This document shows positions 29,512 to 35,786 of a stretch of 64,000 nt of DNA, one piece after another. Source of the stretch: an uncultured Acidobacteriaceae bacterium (GTDB lineage: Bacteria > Acidobacteriota > Terriglobia > Terriglobales > Acidobacteriaceae); the NCBI GenBank assembly GCA_963757385.1, contig CAVWRO010000006.1, positions 498,173 to 562,172 of the forward strand, given 5' to 3'. The notes beneath the pieces were generated by a model that saw nothing but the letters and a program-made list of their open reading frames with translations, had not been told where the DNA came from and did not search any database. Position numbers and translations under genes: made by a program. Positions within the stretch are counted from its first letter, which is position 1. Each line of letters begins with the position of its first letter.

Positions 29512-30162
29512 TCACGCTACGCTCGGTTTGTATATGACTCTCGTGTCACAAACCCGATCGTGCAGCGCCCGCTTCTCGTCGTCCACGCCCACCATAATTG
29601 AAGTAACTAGCATCAGGATGGAATTTAAATAGGGAATGCCGCTGGTGACAACATTCCACATGAAGAAGCGCCCAAAGCATACTCCCCAACTCAAGCTGCG
29701 CCCATCCGGCCGAGTGACCTGCAGCCCGCAGGCCATCTTTCCAAGAGTTGCACTACGATACTTCAGCATCAGAATCTCGTAGCAGCCTGCCGCTAGGAAA
29801 AAAAATACAAAGAAAAGAAGGCCGAAGGCTGCAAATGCCGGGCTGGCTGCGCTAGGCGGGTTGCCCGCTTGACGCGTCGCGCGTATCACATTCGGTAGCA
29901 TCACAGCGACGAAGATCGCAAAAGGTACCGTGAAAATAAGGCCATCAATCATTCGCGCGCCGAAACGGATCCAGAATCCGCCGTAACGCCAGCCGAGTGG
30001 CGATGCCCCAGCGGCTCCGCTCGCCATAACCCGGCTCAGAAAGGCCGGCTTGCAATCAGCACACACCCAGCTCCCGGCGATATGCACCAAGTCAGACTGA
30101 GCGATTGCCCGACCGCATTGGGAACAAGCCAGAATCGTTTGAGCCGGATCTTCTTGACTCAC
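29512..30162 (-). CDS. RDD-family membrane protein with an N-terminal zinc ribbon (paralog 2, first gene of the operon).
   Basis: I place the start at GTG 30162, with GAGGAGG 8 nt upstream. This gives VSQEDPAQTILACSQCG..., colinear with paralog 1. The listed ATG at 30264 adds 34 unrelated residues and lies inside the left end of the IS. Confidence 0.75.
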   Translation of the reverse strand: MSQEDPAQTILACSQCGRAIAQSDLVHIAGSWVCADCKPAFLSRVMASGAAGASPLGWRYGGFWIRFGARMIDGLIFTVPFAIFVAVMLPNVIRATRQAGNPPSAASPAFAAFGLLFFVFFFLAAGCYEILMLKYRSATLGKMACGLQVTRPDGRSLSWGVCFGRFFMWNVVTSGIPYLNSILMLVTSIMVGVDDEKRALHDRVCDTRVIYKPSVA

Positions 30163-30239
30163 TGGGCTATCCTCCTCGTGCAAAAGTCGCACAAAGCGTA
30201 CCGCAAGCGGCTTCCAGCGGCAAGTACTACTATTTAGCC

Positions 30240-31628
30240 TGTAGATGCTCCAAGATAATGTCACCCCCTAACTGCAACGAGACTTTGTCACCCTATGAGG
30301 ATGGTGACGATGAGTCAGAAAGAGTTGCAACGCGTGAAAGTGATTGAGAATGCGGTGGGCGGGAGGCTGAGCGTACGCGAAGCTGCCCGCCTGCTGCAAC
30401 TGAGTGAACGGCAGGTACAGCGGCTCAAGCGGCGCTATGAGCCCGATTCCATCGCGTGGGTGCACCACGGCAATCGTGGACGCCCTATGCCTTGGGCTTT
30501 TTCACTTCCCCAGAAGCGGTTGATTTTGACCTTGGCTCGCGGCAAGTATGCCGGCTTCAACGATTCTCATCTCGCGGAAAAACTTCGTGTCGAGGAGAAC
30601 CTCACCGTCAGCCGCGAGACCGTGCGCCGCATTTTACGAGGTGCAAAACTTGCCTCTCCGCAGAAACGCCGCGCCCGTAAATATCGCTCGCGCCGCGCAC
30701 CCCGCCCGCGTTTCGGCATGATGGTGCTCACCGACGCCAGCCGTCACGACTGGCTCGAAGGCCGCGGTCCGCATCTCACTCTTGTCGGTTTTCAAGACGA
30801 TGCCACCAGCCAGATTCTCTCCGCCCACTTCCAACTCGAAGCCGAAAATACCGTTGGATATCTTCGCGCCCTGTACGCCATGATCTCCGTCCACGGCGTG
30901 CCCCTCAGCCTCTATCGTGATCGTCACTGCATCTTTCAGCGCAACGATTCCCACTGGACCGTCGCCGAAGAACTCGCCGGAAAACAATCTTCCACCCAGC
31001 TTGGGCGCGCCCTCGAGGAGCTCGGCATCACCCAGATCCCCGCCTACTCGCCCGAAGCCAAAGGCCGCATTGAGCGCGCCTGGCGCACCTTGCAGGACCG
31101 CCTGGTCAGCGAACTTCGCCTCGCCCATGCCATTACTTTGCAAGAGGCCAACGCCGTGCTGGCCCGTTTCTGCGACGACTACAATCGACGCTTCGCACGT
31201 CCGGCCGCCGAATCCGCTCGCGACTTTCGCGCTCTGCCGCGCCGCTTCGATCTCGCCCGCTGCCTTAGCCTGCGCTATGACCGCGTCGTCGGCCCCGATC
31301 ACGTCGTCGTCTTGGGCGCGCATTCCATCGCCCTACCATCCTTGCCCGCCCAGCGCGGATACTCGGGCGAAACCGTCGAACTCTCGCATCAGTTGGACGG
31401 CACCCTGCGTACCTACCGCGGAGATCACTTACTGATGACCCACCCCTTGCCGCTGCAAGAATACGGCCATCGCAACCCTGCTCCGCGACTCACGCTGCGG
31501 AAACCCAAAACCCAGATGCCCCGCATCTACAACCTGGGAGGCCGCCCCGCTTTGGCGGCAGTTACTTAATCGTTAAGGGGTGACATAATCTCGTCGCAGT
31601 TAATACGACATTTTCTCGTTGCAACAAC
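30240..31628 (+). mobile_element. Complete insertion sequence (1389 bp), rve-type DDE transposase, IS1202/ISNCY-like, flanked by a 17 bp direct repeat.
   Basis: The direct repeat agtactactatttagcc occurs at 30223-30239 and 31629-31645. The imperfect terminal inverted repeats include taactgcaacgagactttgtcaccc (30269-30293) against the reverse complement of 31578-31602 (22 of 25 match). The outermost 22 nt match at about 15 of 22. Confidence 0.8.
30310..31569 (+). CDS. IS transposase (N-terminal HTH plus integrase-core DDE domain).
   Basis: MSQKELQRVKVIENAVGGRLSVREAARLLQLSERQVQRLKRRY (HTH), LTDASRHDWLEG (first catalytic D region), YRDRHCIF (second D region) and SPEAKGRIERAWRTLQDRLVSELRL (catalytic E region). 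In-frame ATGs at 30295 and 30301 are alternative starts. Confidence 0.85.
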   Translation: MSQKELQRVKVIENAVGGRLSVREAARLLQLSERQVQRLKRRYEPDSIAWVHHGNRGRPMPWAFSLPQKRLILTLARGKYAGFNDSHLAEKLRVEENLTVSRETVRRILRGAKLASPQKRRARKYRSRRAPRPRFGMMVLTDASRHDWLEGRGPHLTLVGFQDDATSQILSAHFQLEAENTVGYLRALYAMISVHGVPLSLYRDRHCIFQRNDSHWTVAEELAGKQSSTQLGRALEELGITQIPAYSPEAKGRIERAWRTLQDRLVSELRLAHAITLQEANAVLARFCDDYNRRFARPAAESARDFRALPRRFDLARCLSLRYDRVVGPDHVVVLGAHSIALPSLPAQRGYSGETVELSHQLDGTLRTYRGDHLLMTHPLPLQEYGHRNPAPRLTLRKPKTQMPRIYNLGGRPALAAVT

Positions 31629-31811
31629 AGTACTACTATTTAGCCGAAAGGATTAACCCTCCGGGGTGACGTCAGAACTGCTCAAACGAGGTTCCAATGA
31701 CTGCTTCACCGGAGCCTGGCGACTTCGCGGTAACGACGAGACACTTCTTCGGGGAAGTCCTCCGGTATGACAAGGTCCTGGAGGGGCGTTCAGACGCAAT
31801 CCAATGAGCTC

Positions 31812-33599
31812 TTAGCGGCGCCTGTGACCGCGGGCTCCGCGGCCAATGTTAAAGGCAGTGTTAACCAGGCCGACGTGAGTGAATGCTTGCGGGAAATTGC
31901 CTAGCAGCCGTTTGGCGTCGGGATCGTATTCCTCTGAGAGCAGTCCCACGTCGTTGCGAATATCGAGCAGGCGTTCGAATATTTTGACTGCCTCTTCCTG
32001 GCGTCCCTGGAGGATATAATTGTCGGCCAGCCAGTATGTACAGGCCAAAAACTTGGCCTCTCCGTGAGGCAAACCGTCCACGTCCGGGTCCATGGTGTAG
32101 CGAGCAACAAAGCCATTGTCCATAAGATGGTCTTCAATGGCTTTAACCGTGCCGAGAACGCGCGGATCGGTTGCGGGAAGAAATCCCACCAACGGCATCA
32201 TGAGAAGGCTGGCATCGAGGTGTTTCGATCCGTAATACTGCACGAAAGAATTCAGGCCGGAGTCAAATCCCTGATCGCAAACCTGTTTGTGAATCTTGTC
32301 TCGAAGCGTTGTCCATTTTCCGATATCTCCGGAGAACCAGCCGTTCTCCACTGAGCGTATCGCGCGATCTACGGCCACCCACGCCATCATTTTGGAGTGG
32401 ACAAAATGCCGGCGCGGGCCGCGCACCTCCCAAATGCCATCGTCGGGCCGCTCCCATCCCTTCTCCAGAAATTCAATGAGCGCCTGTGCAACGTCCTCGC
32501 CTTCATCCTCGGGCGGCGGTTCCAAACCAGCCTCGCGGAATTGATAAAGAGTGTTGGCAACTTCTCCGAAAATATCCAATTGAAATTGCGTGGAGGCTGC
32601 GTTGCCGACGCGAACCGGAACCGAGTTCTCGTATCCCGTCAGCCAGGGCAGTTCAAGTTCCGTAAGCCTGCGCTCGCCGCGAAGGCCATAGACAATGTTG
32701 AGTTCCGACGGACTGCCAGCGACCGCTCGCAAAAGCCACTCGCGCCACTCCTGGGCTTCTTCGTGATATCCGGCATCGAGCAGGGAATGCAGAGTGAGCG
32801 TCGCGTCACGTACCCAGCAAAAACGGTAGTCCCAGTTGCGCACACCGCCCAAGGCTTCGGGCAACGACGTGGTTGGCGCGGCAGCTATTCCTCCGGTAGG
32901 GAGAAATGTCAGCGCTTTTAACGTAATCAGAGAGCGCAGCACGGCCTCGCGCCATTCGCCTTTGTACGAGCAGCGATCGGACCACTCCCGCCACCAGTCT
33001 TCCGTCTCTTGGATCGCATCTTCCACATTCAGGGTTGAAGGCTCATCGCGATGCGAGGGATACCATGTGAGATCGAACGGAACTTTTTGTCCCTTGCTTA
33101 CCGTGAACGTCGCAACAGTCTTGAGGTTTTCGCCTCGCAGCGGAATATCCGTGCGCAGGCCAAGCATATCCGGTCCGGCGATTGCGGAAATCCCCCGACC
33201 GGTTTTTCGTACCCACGGAACTATTGACCCGTAATCGAATCGAATTACCAGATCCAAGTTCATGACCACTTGTCCGCGGGTGCCGACCACCATGCGCAGT
33301 AAATCGGGCGACTCATTGCGAGGCGACATGCAATCAATGAGCGTCACCGAACCGTTTTCGGTCTCGAATTCGGTCTCGAGGATGAGCGTGCATTCCCGAT
33401 AACGGCGGCGAATTCCTTTAATCGGCTCGGCAGGGGAGATAGACCAGTGTCCGTTGTCGGCAGTTCCAAGCAGCGCGGCAAAACATGCACCGGAATCGAA
33501 GTGCGGCAAACATAGCCAGTCAATCGAACCCTGCTTCGAAACCAGGGCTGCCGTGTGACAGTCCCCGATCATGGCGTAGTCTTCTATGGGGATGGACAA
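31812..33599 (-). CDS. Glycoside hydrolase family 15 protein (glucoamylase/trehalase-like).
   Basis: IEDYAMIGDCHTAALVSKQGSIDWLCLPHFDSGACFAALLG is the typical GH15 N terminus, and WDYRFCWVRDA is the catalytic region. Length is 595 aa. Confidence 0.9.
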   Translation of the reverse strand: MSIPIEDYAMIGDCHTAALVSKQGSIDWLCLPHFDSGACFAALLGTADNGHWSISPAEPIKGIRRRYRECTLILETEFETENGSVTLIDCMSPRNESPDLLRMVVGTRGQVVMNLDLVIRFDYGSIVPWVRKTGRGISAIAGPDMLGLRTDIPLRGENLKTVATFTVSKGQKVPFDLTWYPSHRDEPSTLNVEDAIQETEDWWREWSDRCSYKGEWREAVLRSLITLKALTFLPTGGIAAAPTTSLPEALGGVRNWDYRFCWVRDATLTLHSLLDAGYHEEAQEWREWLLRAVAGSPSELNIVYGLRGERRLTELELPWLTGYENSVPVRVGNAASTQFQLDIFGEVANTLYQFREAGLEPPPEDEGEDVAQALIEFLEKGWERPDDGIWEVRGPRRHFVHSKMMAWVAVDRAIRSVENGWFSGDIGKWTTLRDKIHKQVCDQGFDSGLNSFVQYYGSKHLDASLLMMPLVGFLPATDPRVLGTVKAIEDHLMDNGFVARYTMDPDVDGLPHGEAKFLACTYWLADNYILQGRQEEAVKIFERLLDIRNDVGLLSEEYDPDAKRLLGNFPQAFTHVGLVNTAFNIGRGARGHRRR

Positions 33600-33673
33600 C
33601 GTGTGCTCCAGGCACGGTGAATTGACAAACTGGTATTAGATCATGCAACTGGCTGACTGCGAATTGGCCGTAG

Positions 33674-34951
33674 TTAGAACGCGAGCTGAACCCGGCTCAT
33701 CAAAACGTCTTCGCTGTGAAGAGGGATTAGGTTGGCTGTTGCCATCTCAAATCGGGTGTGCTCATAGTATGCCAACAGCTTTGCGTAGCGATTCAAATAC
33801 CAGGTCAGACCAATGGTCCGTTCCGCCGCTTGTTGGGCCGCCGTCTTTGGGTTGGCAAATAAGGGGAATGCGTTTCGATCCACGTTGAGGCGACTGTATC
33901 GAGCGGCGATTTCCAAGGCCCCGAGATGGCTGAAGCCTTTGGTGGGATCGAAACCATGCCGCGGACGGATTCCGTCATATCCATTCCTTTCTCCCGTAAG
34001 CACGACAGATCCCGCAACTTGCCAAGCCTCATTTTTCAGTCTGCGCGTATTTGCCTTGTTGAGGACATCCTGCGAAGAGATTACGTACTCGCTCAAGATC
34101 CCCATCGGGCCAAAGTAGTAATAGGCTTGCGGCGAAATCCTGTTGTGCTGGCCGTTGGCGAGTGCGCTGGAGGAATACTTGAAGAAGGTGCTTAGTCCCA
34201 CCGTCTTAAGGCCGGAGATGGTACCGTGTTGGTCTCCTTCGGAGCCTCCGACTCCGATGCCAAGCTGCTGCAAAGCCTTCACGCCGGTGGTCGCGAAGGG
34301 ACGAGCAAAAATACGGGCGGCCAGTTCGTTGTCGTGCAGCCACTGAAAGTTGCCGTTCGACCCATCATTCGATCCGTCAAAATACCCGGCCGCATATGTG
34401 ATTGTTTGCGACCCGATAGAACCGCCCACTTGCGCACCCATATAGCGGATTGGGATGAGGTCGGAAGCCAGCGACCGTTCGGGGAATGTTAGCTCCCGGT
34501 CCGATCTCAACACCTCGAGTCCGATTGGTTCCTTGAACTTTCCTACGCGCAACTTGGCAAACGGAACGGATTTAAGCTCCAGGTAAGCCTCCTGAATCTG
34601 GGGGTTATTTTGTCCAAAGTCGGGCATGAAACGAAAGTCCACGGCATTAAACACTGTGCCTTCGAACAGGGGTCGAATTTTTCGGAAGAAAAATGTGTCC
34701 AGTTGTTCACCATTTACATTGCTGGAGAAGTACCGGTCATCAGCTTGGATGTATCCATGTACTCGAAGTTCATATGCTTTATCTGAAGTTGAAAACAATA
34801 GGCCCTCCGAACCAAACGACACTGGATGATTGGTGTCAGTGGTAGAACCTGAGGCTCCCGCAGGGCCTTGATTTGCCTCCGGAGGCGACTGGGCCTGCAT
34901 CGTTAAAGTCGAAAGAATGAGAATGATTCCCAACGAAGAAATGTTGCGCAT
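33674..34951 (-). CDS. Outer-membrane porin, OprO/OprP (phosphate-selective porin) family-like.
   Basis: Signal peptide, the alternating beta-strand pattern YELRVHGYIQADDRYF, and a C-terminal aromatic residue (QLAF). It sits 74 nt upstream of the GH15 gene on the same strand. Confidence 0.65.
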   Translation of the reverse strand: MRNISSLGIILILSTLTMQAQSPPEANQGPAGASGSTTDTNHPVSFGSEGLLFSTSDKAYELRVHGYIQADDRYFSSNVNGEQLDTFFFRKIRPLFEGTVFNAVDFRFMPDFGQNNPQIQEAYLELKSVPFAKLRVGKFKEPIGLEVLRSDRELTFPERSLASDLIPIRYMGAQVGGSIGSQTITYAAGYFDGSNDGSNGNFQWLHDNELAARIFARPFATTGVKALQQLGIGVGGSEGDQHGTISGLKTVGLSTFFKYSSSALANGQHNRISPQAYYYFGPMGILSEYVISSQDVLNKANTRRLKNEAWQVAGSVVLTGERNGYDGIRPRHGFDPTKGFSHLGALEIAARYSRLNVDRNAFPLFANPKTAAQQAAERTIGLTWYLNRYAKLLAYYEHTRFEMATANLIPLHSEDVLMSRVQLAF

Positions 34952-35045
34952 ACGCTTTCCCCTGATATCTAAATTTGTGGTGCCTTTTCGCTCAACAAAA
35001 AGCTGGATTCGGCCTCTCTCTTACGTTTCATGGAGTTAACTACAC

Positions 35046-35070
35046 AATGTCTATCATATAAATAGACATT
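35046..35070. promoter_or_regulatory. Perfect palindrome (candidate operator) upstream of the porin gene.
   Basis: aatgtctat-catataa-atagacatt has 9 bp arms and a 7 bp AT spacer. It lies 95-119 nt upstream of the porin ATG, inside an AT-rich 486 bp intergenic region. Confidence 0.3.
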
Positions 35071-35437
35071 ATAGCAATTGTTTGGCCATTCGAACTCAGG
35101 GGAGTGCGGTAACAAGGCTTTTAAGTTCTACTGGTTGGGTGGCATAGCGTTCTTCCAAGAGGGAAGGAGTGTAGCTTTTTGCAGATTTCGGGAGAAATAT
35201 TGCTGTCAGGGGTGCGATAGATTCGCCGGGGTAAGCGTTTGCTCGAATGACAAAGAGGAAAAGTACGCCACGAAAAGAGGCTCAAGGTCCCTGTTCAAGC
35301 GAAACTTCAAGAAGCTGCTCCAAGAGACTGGTGGTACCTCAGGCAGCAATTGTGTCCGGGGTTCGGTTGTCGTAGGTTATCTTGGTCCTCGACTCTAGTC
35401 CTGGCGTTGCAGCCCGGACGCAATCCCCTAGGAGAAA

Positions 35438-35686
35438 ATGATGAAGAAAAGAATGAAAATAATGAGCATCATGACGGTGGCTGCGGTCATGTTGGCGTTG
35501 ACTCCAACTTCGCCGGCTGCCGAAAGGCATCCCGAGATTCACCAAGCCATCGAAGCATTGCGCAGTGCGAGGTCGCACCTGCAGCAGGCCGCCCATGATT
35601 TTGGTGGGCATAGAGCAGATGCGCTTCGGGCGACTGATGAGGCAATCCATCAGCTGGAAATTTGCCTGAAGTATGACAAGGATTGA
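35438..35686 (+). CDS. Small secreted helical protein (hypothetical).
   Basis: AGGAGAAA precedes the ATG. Signal peptide IMSIMTVAAVMLALTPTSPAA. The mature ~55 aa is helical (HPEIHQAIEALRSARSHLQQAAHDFGGHRADALRATDEAIHQL). Confidence 0.55.
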   Translation: MMKKRMKIMSIMTVAAVMLALTPTSPAAERHPEIHQAIEALRSARSHLQQAAHDFGGHRADALRATDEAIHQLEICLKYDKD

Positions 35687-35706
35687 CGATCACCGATTTG
35701 GCAGAT

Positions 35707-35737
35707 CCCAGGTCTCGCAACTGCGGCGAGACCTGGG
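35707..35737. terminator. 12 bp perfect hairpin between convergent genes (candidate bidirectional terminator).
   Basis: cccaggtctcgc-aactgcg-gcgagacctggg, between the small ORF stop (35686) and the ppc stop (35787). Confidence 0.65.
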
Positions 35738-35786
35738 GAACCCACAGTCTGACCGTTTTAGGCGATGAAGGATGCGAACCTCGATT

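Noticed and set aside
30634-31323. A 229 aa ORF antisense to the IS transposase, and a 172 aa alternative frame at 30917..31435.
   Set aside because: The sense frame carries the complete HTH and DDE motifs. The antisense and off-frame translations are Ala/Gly/Pro-rich with no motifs.
31646-31680. A possible third remnant of the RDD duplication junction (gaaaggatt...) and an extra ggggtgac word just outside the right end of the IS.
   Set aside because: Only 8-9 nt match the inter-paralog spacer and the IS-end motif, which is within chance expectation.
35078-35398. A 106 aa ORF in the long porin-upstream intergenic region.
   Set aside because: It has no Shine-Dalgarno, no signal or motif, and an odd composition. 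I treat it as non-coding and flag the region itself instead.
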